The translations under genes and the position numbers were made by a program. The notes beneath the pieces were generated by a model, which worked only from the letters and a program-made list of their open reading frames with translations, ran no database searches and was not told the DNA's origin. From the IMG/VR virus record IMGVR_UViG_3300002898_001527: 64,000 nucleotides of DNA; one strand, given 5' to 3'. Positions 10,053 to 19,396 of this stretch are shown here, piece after piece (position 1 is the first letter of the stretch; each line of letters opens with the position of its first letter). This DNA comes from a virus.

Positions 10053-13000
10053 TTGGAACTAAAAAGAATTTTCACAACTGGCAAAACAGATCCATTCGAT
10101 TTATTTAAATGGTCCAAAAGGACATCGGAGATTAGAAATTTAGATGGTTCTTCTGCATTTATCCAGGAGGACATAGAGGTCCCCGAATCTTGGTCTCAAT
10201 TGGCGACAGACATTGTAGTTTCCAAGTATTTTCGAAGAGCAGGAGTGCCCGATAAAACAGAAAAAGTTCCCGAAGAAGGCATTCCAGAGAGATTTTATCG
10301 TTCCATCGCTACAAATGATGCAGAGTTTGGCGGAGAAACATCCGTAAGACAGTGCATTCATCGCATCGTTGGTCATTGGACTTATTGGAATCTAAAAAGT
10401 GGTTTGCTTGATGAAAATAATGCAAACATTTTTTATGATGAAATGGTCTACATGATGCTCAATCAAATGATTTCTCCAAATAGTCCTCAGTGGTTTAATA
10501 GTGGCCTTGGTTGGGCATATGGAATACATTGTGTAGGCAAAAATGAATATTATGCATTCGATTTACATGGAAATTTATTAAACACGAAGGAACAACAGGA
10601 AGAGACAATTTGTAAAAGTGCAGCGCATGCATGCCTAGAGGGCAGCACATTAATTACATTGCGTGATGCTTGCATCTCAATTAAGAAAATTGTAGAAGAA
10701 CAACAAATTGGCCTAGAAGTTTGGGATGGCAATGATTGGACAAAGATTCTTGCGGCTGTAGAAAATGGAACCAAGGAAATATATACTATTGAGACTAATT
10801 ATGGATCATATCTCGGCTTAACACTAGATCATAAAGTTTATGCATCTGAAGATATGGTGAATTGGAAATTTGAAGATACACAAAACATTGTTGGAAAATA
10901 TATTAAAAAGTCTCTTATTGATAAGCCAGAACAAATTGAAAAAGTAATTTCTATTTCATTTTCTCATTGCGAAAAGGTTTATGATATTCAAACGAGTAGT
11001 TCACAATTTACTGCGAATGGAATTATAGTCCATAATTGTCATATTGTAGAAATTAAGGACAATTTGCTTGGACAAAATGGTATTTATGATCAATTAACAA
11101 CGGAAGCGAAAATCTTCAGATCTGGTGCAGGCGTTGGGACATCTTTTTCGCCATTAAGATCCAAATATGAGATTCTTTCCGGTGGAGGCGTTTCTTCTGG
11201 TTGCCTTTCTTTCCTTAAAATCTTCGATCGTTCCGCCGATTCAGTTAAATCGGGTGGAATTAATCGAAGAAGTGCAAAAATGATTGTTCTCGATATTAAT
11301 CATCCAGAAATTGAAGAATTCATTGATTGGAAATATAAAGAGGAACAGAAAGTCGCATCTTTGATTACTGGATCGAAAAATAATAAAAGAATTTTGAAGA
11401 CATTTGCGAAACTTTATGATGAGCATAGAGATATCAATCATCCTGAAATTCAAAGAGTCCTAATTGAGGCTAAAAAATATAACATTGAAATTAATTATAT
11501 ATATCGCACAATGGCAATGGTTGAGCAGGGAAGAGAAATTGATTTCATTGAGTTAGATAATGATTTCAACAATGAGGCATATCATACAGTTTCTGGTCAA
11601 AATGGAAATAATTCAATTGCGATTACGGATGATTTCCTTCAAGCAGTTAAATTAAATAAACAGTGGAATTTAACTGCGAGGACTACTGGAGAAACAATTA
11701 AGACCGTTAATGCTAAAGACCTATGGGATAAAATTGCAGAGGCAGCTTGGGCATGTGCAGATCCTGGGATTCAATTCAAAGACACGATTAATGCCTGGAA
11801 TACTGCGAAAACAGACGGAGAGATAGTAGCAAGCAATCCCTGTTCTGAATATTTTTTCCTTAATTCAACTAGTTGCAACTTAGCATCCTTAAGGCTAACA
11901 AAATATTACAATTTTAATAACAAAGAATTTGATGTTAAGAAATTTGTACATTCTGTGAAATTGCTTGCACTTGCATTAGAAGCTACTGTTAATGCGGCAA
12001 TTTTGCCTACAGAAGAATTAGCCATGGGTTCATATAAATACAGAAATCTTGGAATTGGTTATTGTGATATTGGTTCTCTTATCATGAGTTGTGGTTATCC
12101 ATATGATTCGAAAGAAGCACGTGGCTTAATTGGCGGAATTACTGCATTAATGACAGGGATTACATATCAAACTTCTATTGAAATGGCGAGTGAACTTGGT
12201 CCATTTTCTAGGTATGAGGCAAATAAAGAGCATCTATTGCGCGTAATTCGTAATCACAGAGCAGCAGTATATAATGATTTTGATGCATACGATGGGCTCA
12301 ATACTGACATATATGGTCTTAATTCTGACTATGTAGACAAGAATATTATGAACGCCTGTAAAAGAATTTGGGACAATGTACTCGAAAATGGAGAAAAATA
12401 TGGTTTCCGCAATGCACACGTTACTGTTCTTCAGCCTACTGGAACTTCGGGGCTACAACTCGATGCAGACACTACCGGGATTGAACCAGATTTTTCATTA
12501 ATTAAATATAAAAAATTAGCTGGCAGTGGATTTTTTAAAATTATAAATTCCTCGGTCAACAGGGCGCTAAATTCACTTGGTTATTCCGAAGAACAAATTA
12601 AAGAAGTAATTCACTACATTCTTGGACACAATGAATTGAAAAATGCTCCATTCATTAATACTCAGCAACTTATTGAAAAAGGATTTACAAAGGAAATTAT
12701 TGCAAAAATAGAAAATAATTTGAAAGCAACAACAAACATTCAATATGCATTTAATAAATTTACTATTGGTGAAGATTTTTGCATCGATGAATTAGGAATT
12801 GACGAAGAGATTTTAAGTCATCCAGATTTTTCTATTTTGCATTATTTAGGATTTTCGGATGACGAGATCGAAGAGGCAAACAAATATACATGTGGTATGC
12901 AAACGATAGAGGGTGCTCCATATGTAAAAGAAGAACATTATGATGTTTTCGATTGTGCTAGCCGTTGTGGTCCATATGGGACTAGATATATTAAGCATAG

Positions 13001-13946
13001 GGCCCATATTAAAGCAGTTGCTTCGGCGCAACCATTTTTATCCGGTTCCATTTCGAAGACAATTAATTTGCCTCGGGAGGCAACGATCCAAGATGTTCAA
13101 GAGTGTTATGATTTTGCACACAGTATCGGAGTTAAATGCATGGCGCTATACAGAGACGGTTCTAAGTTATCCCAGCCTCTTTCCTCTGGCGGCAAAGCCG
13201 ATGATTATGCAGATTTAATTTTAAACACGGACATTTTGGATGAATTTTCTGATTCTCTTTTAAATCAGGAAAATTTGCTTAAAAATATCATGTATGAACC
13301 AGTTCGCCGTAGGCTCCCGGAGAGAAGAATTGGATACACCGATGAATTCGTCATTGATTCGCATAAGTTTTATTTACGAACTAGTGAATATCCGGTCAAT
13401 GGGGATCCCGTAGATAAAAGCAAATTGCTTGGTGAGATTTTCATTGACTACGGAGAAGAAGCTCCATTCGCAAGGACTGCATTGGGATTAGTTGCAAGAT
13501 TCGCATCTATTGGGTTGCAATATGGTGTTCCTCTAGAAGAGTATGTAGAGGCGTTGTGTGGCATTATTCAGGAACCTCGTGGCCTTGTTAAACACCAGAA
13601 TGTCAAGATGGGCAAGAGTATTTTCGATGTTATTGGTAAGATTCTAGATTACAGATATTTAGAGAATTCGGATGCCGTAGAAGTAACGGATGAGGAATTA
13701 TTAGAAAGTGGTGGAATCATTGCGATGGACATTCATAATTTAATTTCTCAACATTCGGAGAACATTCCGGAAAGCATTACGGAGAAACATGTTGCAAAAT
13801 TGGTTTCCGACAAGAAGAGAGAAAAAAAAGAACGCTTAGTCTTGGAAAATTGTCCAAGATGTGGTAGTATGAATGTGATTCAAAAATCATCTTGCACAAA
13901 GGAATGCAGGGACTGTGGCCACAAACATGGATCCTGCGGAGATTAA
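10053..13946 (+). CDS. nrdJ: Class II (adenosylcobalamin-dependent) ribonucleotide reductase with intein and C-terminal TSCPD/Zn-ribbon region
   Basis: Motifs WSQLATDIVVSKYFR, PNSPQWFN, GGINRRSAKM, NPCSEY, CNLASL, PTGT, ISKTIN, YRDGSK and C-terminal CPRCG...CRDCG. SD AAGGAGG precedes the TTG start. Confidence 0.95.
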   Translation: MELKRIFTTGKTDPFDLFKWSKRTSEIRNLDGSSAFIQEDIEVPESWSQLATDIVVSKYFRRAGVPDKTEKVPEEGIPERFYRSIATNDAEFGGETSVRQCIHRIVGHWTYWNLKSGLLDENNANIFYDEMVYMMLNQMISPNSPQWFNSGLGWAYGIHCVGKNEYYAFDLHGNLLNTKEQQEETICKSAAHACLEGSTLITLRDACISIKKIVEEQQIGLEVWDGNDWTKILAAVENGTKEIYTIETNYGSYLGLTLDHKVYASEDMVNWKFEDTQNIVGKYIKKSLIDKPEQIEKVISISFSHCEKVYDIQTSSSQFTANGIIVHNCHIVEIKDNLLGQNGIYDQLTTEAKIFRSGAGVGTSFSPLRSKYEILSGGGVSSGCLSFLKIFDRSADSVKSGGINRRSAKMIVLDINHPEIEEFIDWKYKEEQKVASLITGSKNNKRILKTFAKLYDEHRDINHPEIQRVLIEAKKYNIEINYIYRTMAMVEQGREIDFIELDNDFNNEAYHTVSGQNGNNSIAITDDFLQAVKLNKQWNLTARTTGETIKTVNAKDLWDKIAEAAWACADPGIQFKDTINAWNTAKTDGEIVASNPCSEYFFLNSTSCNLASLRLTKYYNFNNKEFDVKKFVHSVKLLALALEATVNAAILPTEELAMGSYKYRNLGIGYCDIGSLIMSCGYPYDSKEARGLIGGITALMTGITYQTSIEMASELGPFSRYEANKEHLLRVIRNHRAAVYNDFDAYDGLNTDIYGLNSDYVDKNIMNACKRIWDNVLENGEKYGFRNAHVTVLQPTGTSGLQLDADTTGIEPDFSLIKYKKLAGSGFFKIINSSVNRALNSLGYSEEQIKEVIHYILGHNELKNAPFINTQQLIEKGFTKEIIAKIENNLKATTNIQYAFNKFTIGEDFCIDELGIDEEILSHPDFSILHYLGFSDDEIEEANKYTCGMQTIEGAPYVKEEHYDVFDCASRCGPYGTRYIKHRAHIKAVASAQPFLSGSISKTINLPREATIQDVQECYDFAHSIGVKCMALYRDGSKLSQPLSSGGKADDYADLILNTDILDEFSDSLLNQENLLKNIMYEPVRRRLPERRIGYTDEFVIDSHKFYLRTSEYPVNGDPVDKSKLLGEIFIDYGEEAPFARTALGLVARFASIGLQYGVPLEEYVEALCGIIQEPRGLVKHQNVKMGKSIFDVIGKILDYRYLENSDAVEVTDEELLESGGIIAMDIHNLISQHSENIPESITEKHVAKLVSDKKREKKERLVLENCPRCGSMNVIQKSSCTKECRDCGHKHGSCGD
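10632..11036 (+). mobile_element. Mini-intein (135 aa, no homing endonuclease) in NrdJ
   Basis: Starts CLEGSTLI, has block B LTLDHKV, and ends VYDIQT...FTANGIIVHN followed by the extein Cys. Confidence 0.92.
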
Positions 13947-13965
13947 TCGAAAAGGAGCAAAGAGG

Positions 13966-14817
13966 ATGGCTTTAGATAGAAAAAAAATAATTGTTCTTTA
14001 CTACATTGACGAATTAACGATTAAAAAGATTTCAGAAATTATGGGTGTCAAGTCGGCAGAGACAATTAGATATCAGTTGTTTTTCAAAGAACCACAAATG
14101 CAGAAAAGGAATCGCGAATGGACAGATAAAGATGATTTTGAATTGGCATTACATTTTTCTAAATTAGCTACTGGGGTAAATTTCGAAAAAGACATGGAAA
14201 AGATTGCTTTGACAATGCAGCGTGGGAAGAGTATTATAAAGAAAAAAGCATTACCGATGTGGGAAGAGGCATATTCCCGAGTTATTGCGAGCGAAGAATT
14301 GCAAAAAATTGTTGAAAATGTTACAGAATTAAAAAGTGACGTCAATGAATTAAAGAAAAACGAACCCCAAAAACAAGAAATTGTACAATTAAAAATTTAT
14401 CAGAAGGAGATTTTTATGAGCAACGGAAGAGTAAGCATTAAGTTCAAAAAGCAGGAGATTGGGGAAGAAGAAAGGGCAAAATATGTCAATGAGGGATCGC
14501 ATACTATTAATTTATATGCGGAGCATGCAGCACATATTGCTGCTAATGGGGGCGTTGCCACGATAGGGACCGGAATGAGCGTTGCAATTCCTGATGGATA
14601 TTTTGGACTTATTTTACCTAATCAGCAATTAGTATTCGATAATTCAGCTACAATTTTAAATTCGCCAACAATTATTCAGGGCAAAAGCAATGAAGAGATT
14701 AAAATTATTTTAATTAATCATAGTCATGGTGCAATGGTTAGAACATTAAATATTGAACCAGGTCATAAAGTTGCAGAACTTCTGATTCTTCCAATAATAA
14801 ATACAGAAATAATTTAA
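13966..14817 (+). CDS. HTH/coiled-coil domain fused to a degenerate dUTPase-fold domain
   Basis: N-terminal LTIKKISEIMGVKSAETIRY is HTH-like. C-terminal IGTGMSVAIPDGYFGLILP...IEPGHKVAELLILP follows the trimeric dUTPase pattern, but the catalytic motifs are altered. Likely ATG 13966 (the track starts at 13915). Confidence 0.7.
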   Translation: MALDRKKIIVLYYIDELTIKKISEIMGVKSAETIRYQLFFKEPQMQKRNREWTDKDDFELALHFSKLATGVNFEKDMEKIALTMQRGKSIIKKKALPMWEEAYSRVIASEELQKIVENVTELKSDVNELKKNEPQKQEIVQLKIYQKEIFMSNGRVSIKFKKQEIGEEERAKYVNEGSHTINLYAEHAAHIAANGGVATIGTGMSVAIPDGYFGLILPNQQLVFDNSATILNSPTIIQGKSNEEIKIILINHSHGAMVRTLNIEPGHKVAELLILPIINTEII

Positions 14818-14832
14818 GAGGAGAATTTTAAA

Positions 14833-15036
14833 ATGGGAAAAAGCAAAACCAATGTCTCTTCACGCCAGGAGGCAAAAAATAGAAGAATGCCTTGTAGATT
14901 CTGTGGCGCAGATAAGCCACGAATTGTTATGATGTTTCAAGGTGGAAAAAAGGTTATAACTCGTAAATGTTGTGAAGAAGCTGGCTACATTAAAGTCAAG
15001 GGCTCTTATGTAAAAAAGGAGGCCATTCATGAGTGA
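14833..15036 (+). CDS. Small basic Cys-containing protein (CxxC...CC)
   Basis: 67 aa ORF with SD GAGGAG; CRFC and KCCE. Confidence 0.7.
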   Translation: MGKSKTNVSSRQEAKNRRMPCRFCGADKPRIVMMFQGGKKVITRKCCEEAGYIKVKGSYVKKEAIHE

Positions 15037-15280
15037 TTCACAAATATGGAGATTGCGAATTGCCTGGGGTACAGGTGAAACTAATATCGATGATTATCAT
15101 CAATCTAAATTTTATGATCCCAGCAAAAGGCACCTCGAACAAATAGCAAATGAAATAACCGAAGCTGCGAGTAAAGGTGAAAAGTGTTTTTATGAGTTAA
15201 AAACAATTGATCAAATAATCAAATATAGACTCAGTGCAATTATGCATATTGTTATTTATCCAGAAAAATCCAGAACATAA
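15029..15280 (+). CDS. Hypothetical protein
   Basis: 83 aa ORF with SD AAGGAGG, overlapping the upstream stop codon. Confidence 0.7.
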   Translation: MSDSQIWRLRIAWGTGETNIDDYHQSKFYDPSKRHLEQIANEITEAASKGEKCFYELKTIDQIIKYRLSAIMHIVIYPEKSRT

Positions 15281-15289
15281 GGAGATTGG

Positions 15290-16660
15290 ATGATTGCAGA
15301 TATAAAAGAAAGTACTTTTTATATATCGAATATTAAGGCAGCCAATTTAAATAATAATCTTTTTTTAGAACTATATAAAATAGAAAAACGAATTAAAAAT
15401 TCAATTAATAAAAATATTTTATTGAAAAAAAGAGATGAAATAGTCGAGAATATAATAAAAAAGAATTCTGGGCTCATTGGGAATCAAATAAAAAAATTCA
15501 ATAAATATTATTCAAAAGATATAATGTCACAGGAAGATCTTTATTCTGAAGGCATGTTTGGATTAATAGCTGCCATAAATAAATTCGATATAAATAAGGG
15601 AATACAATTTTCAACTTTTGCATCATCATATATATGGGGATATATGATGAGGTATATTTCTACTACATCATTTATTAATATCCCAAGCCATAGATTATTT
15701 GATAAAACATCTCAGGAAGATTTACCAGTTGGATTTATTTGCATAGATGATTTTGAAAATACTAAGGAAATCTTAGATATTCCAAGTACAAATTTAAAAA
15801 CATCTACCGATATTCTTGACAATATGTTTATTGAAGATATTTTAACATCCTTATCAGAAGAAGAGAAAAATATTTTTATTGATGTTTATTATAATAATTT
15901 AACTTTTGCTGAAATATCAAGAAAATTAGGGATACAGGCTCATATTATTCGCGGAAAATATCTTGACGCCATAGAAAATATTAAAATATATTTATTTAAA
16001 AATAATATAGATTTTTTTATTTCGAATTTAGATAGAATAGACAAGAAATATGATATTAAAAATATTTTAGAAAATCGTAGTGATTTGTCTCCATATAAAG
16101 AGGGACACATTGCAGATTATATTTTTTCAATTTTAATTAAATATAAAGATGGCATTTTATTAACAGATATTGTAGAAATAATTAATTTCTATATGCAAAA
16201 AAATTGTTCAACTAGAATTAGACATATTATTAATTCATGGATAAATGAGGATTCACCACTTGGATTCAAAGTATCTAGCAATATTGATAATAAAAAAGGA
16301 AGACCAAGGACCCAGGATGAAAATAATAGAGTTATAAAACTTGAATTAGATAAAGAAATTATGCCATTGTGGAATTTTAATAATTTAAATATAAACATGG
16401 AGAATATTTTAAAAAAAGAAAGTAAATTTAGGAAAAATAGTTTATCGCATTTAGTATATCTTATTATTAATTATTGTGGAGCTACTGGGATTACTTTTTA
16501 TGATTTAAATTATTTATGTAATAAACATTTTCCTAAATATAGTAGAAAAAAGTTAATTAGATTGCTTTATAAATGGAGAAAAAATCAAAAGGTGGATGAT
16601 AAAATATTTATATTAACATGTGATAAGATTTCAGATAGTACAATTGTAAAGCTCATATAA
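15290..16660 (+). CDS. Sigma-70 family sigma factor (SigB/F/G/FliA-like regions 2 and 4) with long C-terminal extension
   Basis: Region 2 EDLYSEGMFGLIAAINKFDINKGIQFSTFASSYI. Region 4 LSEEEKNIF..YYNNLTFAEISRKLGI. Confidence 0.85.
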   Translation: MIADIKESTFYISNIKAANLNNNLFLELYKIEKRIKNSINKNILLKKRDEIVENIIKKNSGLIGNQIKKFNKYYSKDIMSQEDLYSEGMFGLIAAINKFDINKGIQFSTFASSYIWGYMMRYISTTSFINIPSHRLFDKTSQEDLPVGFICIDDFENTKEILDIPSTNLKTSTDILDNMFIEDILTSLSEEEKNIFIDVYYNNLTFAEISRKLGIQAHIIRGKYLDAIENIKIYLFKNNIDFFISNLDRIDKKYDIKNILENRSDLSPYKEGHIADYIFSILIKYKDGILLTDIVEIINFYMQKNCSTRIRHIINSWINEDSPLGFKVSSNIDNKKGRPRTQDENNRVIKLELDKEIMPLWNFNNLNINMENILKKESKFRKNSLSHLVYLIINYCGATGITFYDLNYLCNKHFPKYSRKKLIRLLYKWRKNQKVDDKIFILTCDKISDSTIVKLI

Positions 16661-16669
16661 GGAATCTTT

Positions 16670-17212
16670 ATGAATGCTGAATCGTTGATTAAAGAAAAAT
16701 TCAAAAATATCATTAAATTAGAAAAAAAAATAAAAAAATTTGATATAGACGATATGGGAATTTTTTATTTAGGATATATAAATGGTAAAGCATATGTAGC
16801 ACATCATTTTACAGATTTATTAGCAACTAATAAAGATATAGTATGGGGACAGCCTATTTTTTATTGGTTTGATATTGATTTAGCAGTTGCATCTTTGATT
16901 GCAGAAGAATTTGTTGAACCAGACAATGATGAAGAAGCAGACGAAGACAAGCTAGAAAAAATATTAAGACTATCTTTTATTTGCGGTATAAATGATTCGT
17001 TTGGACAATTAGGTATTTTTGTAAAAGCAACCAATATTGATATATTAGATAATTATGAAATAAAGATTTATCATTTAGATACAAAATATATTAAAGCAGT
17101 AGCAGAGCCATTTTTTCTATTAGATGAAGAGAATCAAGCTATTCAATTTAATTATCCATTCGCAATGAAAATTAAAAATAATAAAAAAATCATTGATATG
17201 CTTGGAGAATAA
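16670..17212 (+). CDS. Hypothetical protein
   Basis: 180 aa ORF with SD, within the operon. Confidence 0.65.
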   Translation: MNAESLIKEKFKNIIKLEKKIKKFDIDDMGIFYLGYINGKAYVAHHFTDLLATNKDIVWGQPIFYWFDIDLAVASLIAEEFVEPDNDEEADEDKLEKILRLSFICGINDSFGQLGIFVKATNIDILDNYEIKIYHLDTKYIKAVAEPFFLLDEENQAIQFNYPFAMKIKNNKKIIDMLGE

Positions 17213-17214
17213 TT

Positions 17215-17547
17215 ATGTTAGAGCCTTTTTTGATTGATACTACTCAAGAAGATATTGAATATGATATAGAAATTCTACAGGAAAAAGCTCAAAAATATCA
17301 ATGTTCAGTCGAATTTATGAGAATTTTATTAGAAGATGCGGAAGAAGGAGATCAAATTATTCAAGATATTAATATAATGATAGATAAATACAACATAAAA
17401 ATAGATCAAATTAATAATAAAATAGATAATTTAACTAATGAATTACTTGAAGATAATTTAGAAGAATTCGAAGAAGAGAATAAAGATATTGAAAAAGAAG
17501 CAGTGGATAAAAATCATAAAACTGTAATTATTAAAATTACGATGTAG
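17215..17547 (+). CDS. Acidic coiled-coil hypothetical protein
   Basis: 110 aa ORF with GGAG upstream and a heptad-like I/N/D pattern. Confidence 0.65.
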   Translation: MLEPFLIDTTQEDIEYDIEILQEKAQKYQCSVEFMRILLEDAEEGDQIIQDINIMIDKYNIKIDQINNKIDNLTNELLEDNLEEFEEENKDIEKEAVDKNHKTVIIKITM

Positions 17548-17558
17548 GAGAGAAGAAC

Positions 17559-18683
17559 TTGGCAAATAAAGATTATTATTCAATTCTTGGTATTTCTGAG
17601 AATGCTAATAAAGAAGATATTAAAAAAGCATATAAAAAACTTGCTAAAAAATATCATCCAGATACTAAGCCCGAAGAAGAAAAAAAAGAAGCGGAAGAAA
17701 AATTCAAAGAAATTAATGAGGCATTTAGTGTCTTAATTGATGACCAAAAAAGAGAACAATATAATTATAGTAAAATGCATCCCAATATGGACTTCAATCC
17801 TCATACTGGTGGATTTAATAGCAACATGGATTTTGAAGATATTATTCGACAAAATTTCGGCAATGATTTTATGAGTGATATTTTTTCTTCGTTTTTTTCT
17901 AGAACGAATACAAGTAGAACTCAAAATGCTCGAATTCTTAATGAGGACATATATGTAGAAATTGTTCTTATGCCAGAAGATACTATGAGTGATATAAAGA
18001 AAAATATTTCTTACAATAAAAATGTTTTTTGTGAAGAATGTAATGGGAATGGCGGTTTTGATGCGAAATCATGTTCTACCTGTAATGGAACAGGTACTGA
18101 GCGAATTATTCGAAATAGTGGTTTTTTTCAAACAATTAGTGAATCACGATGTAGTCATTGTTTAGGAAAAGGTAAAACCTTTAAAAACAAATGCGAAAAA
18201 TGCAAAGGCAATGGATATATACAAAAATCTGAAAACTTTTCGCTTAATATAGAAAAAGGAACTGTTGGAAGGTTAGTTTTAGAAGGAAAAGGGCATGCTA
18301 TACATAAAAATGTTGCGCCTGGTAATTTCATAGTACAAATTCTTTATCAAGGAAGCAATGATTTTGATATTTTAAATGACAATGGCGATGTTCAAACAGT
18401 TTTACAGATGAATCCAATTAATGCGATGCTTGGTGGTCCATTTAGCATTAAAGGGCTAGATGGAAAAGAAAATATACTTAATATACCACAATTATGCAAA
18501 GTAGGAACAAGGTTAAAAGTGAAAAACCAAGGAATGTATTTAAAAAGTAAGAAGAAAAGAGGTGATTTATTTATTTTAATTGAGTATTTGATGCCCAAGG
18601 AATTAACAAAGAAACAAAGAGAAATTTTATTAAATTACATTGAAGAAGAAAAAACTGAGAAAATGCAGGAAATTGCATCATAA
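17559..18683 (+). CDS. dnaJ: Full-length DnaJ (Hsp40) co-chaperone
   Basis: J-domain DYYSILG...KKYHPD...FKEINEAF, a G/F-like region, four CxxCxGxG repeats, and the C-terminal domain (GDLFI). Confidence 0.93.
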   Translation: MANKDYYSILGISENANKEDIKKAYKKLAKKYHPDTKPEEEKKEAEEKFKEINEAFSVLIDDQKREQYNYSKMHPNMDFNPHTGGFNSNMDFEDIIRQNFGNDFMSDIFSSFFSRTNTSRTQNARILNEDIYVEIVLMPEDTMSDIKKNISYNKNVFCEECNGNGGFDAKSCSTCNGTGTERIIRNSGFFQTISESRCSHCLGKGKTFKNKCEKCKGNGYIQKSENFSLNIEKGTVGRLVLEGKGHAIHKNVAPGNFIVQILYQGSNDFDILNDNGDVQTVLQMNPINAMLGGPFSIKGLDGKENILNIPQLCKVGTRLKVKNQGMYLKSKKKRGDLFILIEYLMPKELTKKQREILLNYIEEEKTEKMQEIAS

Positions 18684-18723
18684 AATAATAAATACTAATT
18701 AATCAATTAAGGAGGCAATTGTC

Positions 18724-18882
18724 ATGCTTAAAAAAGGAAAAGGGTTTTATAAAAAAGGAATTTCCGCAAAGAAAACCGAGATTAAATCTGAGTTAGGGAC
18801 TGCAATGTTATTTTGTGAATTTTGTAAAAAGTTTTATGGAATTGATGAAGATAGTAATAAGTGCCCGTACTGCGGGAAATAA
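18724..18882 (+). CDS. Small Zn-ribbon protein (52 aa, missed by the ORF track)
   Basis: SD AAGGAGG followed by MLKKGKG...FCEFCKKFY...KCPYCGK*. Confidence 0.8.
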   Translation: MLKKGKGFYKKGISAKKTEIKSELGTAMLFCEFCKKFYGIDEDSNKCPYCGK

Positions 18883-18893
18883 AGGAGGAAAAT

Positions 18894-19325
18894 ATGAGTT
18901 TAGTAGAAATTGGTATTGCGGCTGTTATGCTTATTGTTTCTGCGGCGTTTATTTATTTAGCATCTGCTATTGCCAAGTATATTAAAGGTGCGAGTAAAGT
19001 TAGTGGTACTTTGGAACAAATTGTTACTATTATGAACTTTTTTAAGGATGCGATCAAGCTTCTCATTGGTGATGATTGGGCAGAAGTATATGAGGCTGTA
19101 AGAAAAGCACTATCTGCCGTTGCTGATGGGCATCTTTCTCGTGCTGAGGCCTATGCATCTGCGAAGGATGTTTTTAATGTTGCAATTGGTTTCACCAATG
19201 TTAAGCTTGACAATGAGTCAAAAGAGATAATCTATAAAATTATTGAGGCCGGAGTTAACATGCTCATTAGTGATGCTATTGATCCAAAGGCATCAGTAAG
19301 AGCACTTGATTTATCAAGAATTTAA
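18894..19325 (+). CDS. Membrane protein with N-terminal TM helix, possible holin
   Basis: SD AAGGAGG precedes ATG 18894 (the track starts at 18861). Hydrophobic IGIAAVMLIVSAAFIYLASAIA is followed by a helical domain. Confidence 0.5.
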   Translation: MSLVEIGIAAVMLIVSAAFIYLASAIAKYIKGASKVSGTLEQIVTIMNFFKDAIKLLIGDDWAEVYEAVRKALSAVADGHLSRAEAYASAKDVFNVAIGFTNVKLDNESKEIIYKIIEAGVNMLISDAIDPKASVRALDLSRI

Positions 19326-19337
19326 TTTAAGAAGTAC

Positions 19338-19377
19338 ATGGGGCTACAAGAAAATTTCTTGTAGCCCCATTTTTTTT
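19338..19377. terminator. Rho-independent terminator between convergent genes
   Basis: Inverted repeat ATGGGGCTACAAGAAA-A-TTTCTTGTAGCCCCAT followed by a T-run. Confidence 0.85.
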
Positions 19378-19396
19378 ATTAAACAATTATTTTTTA

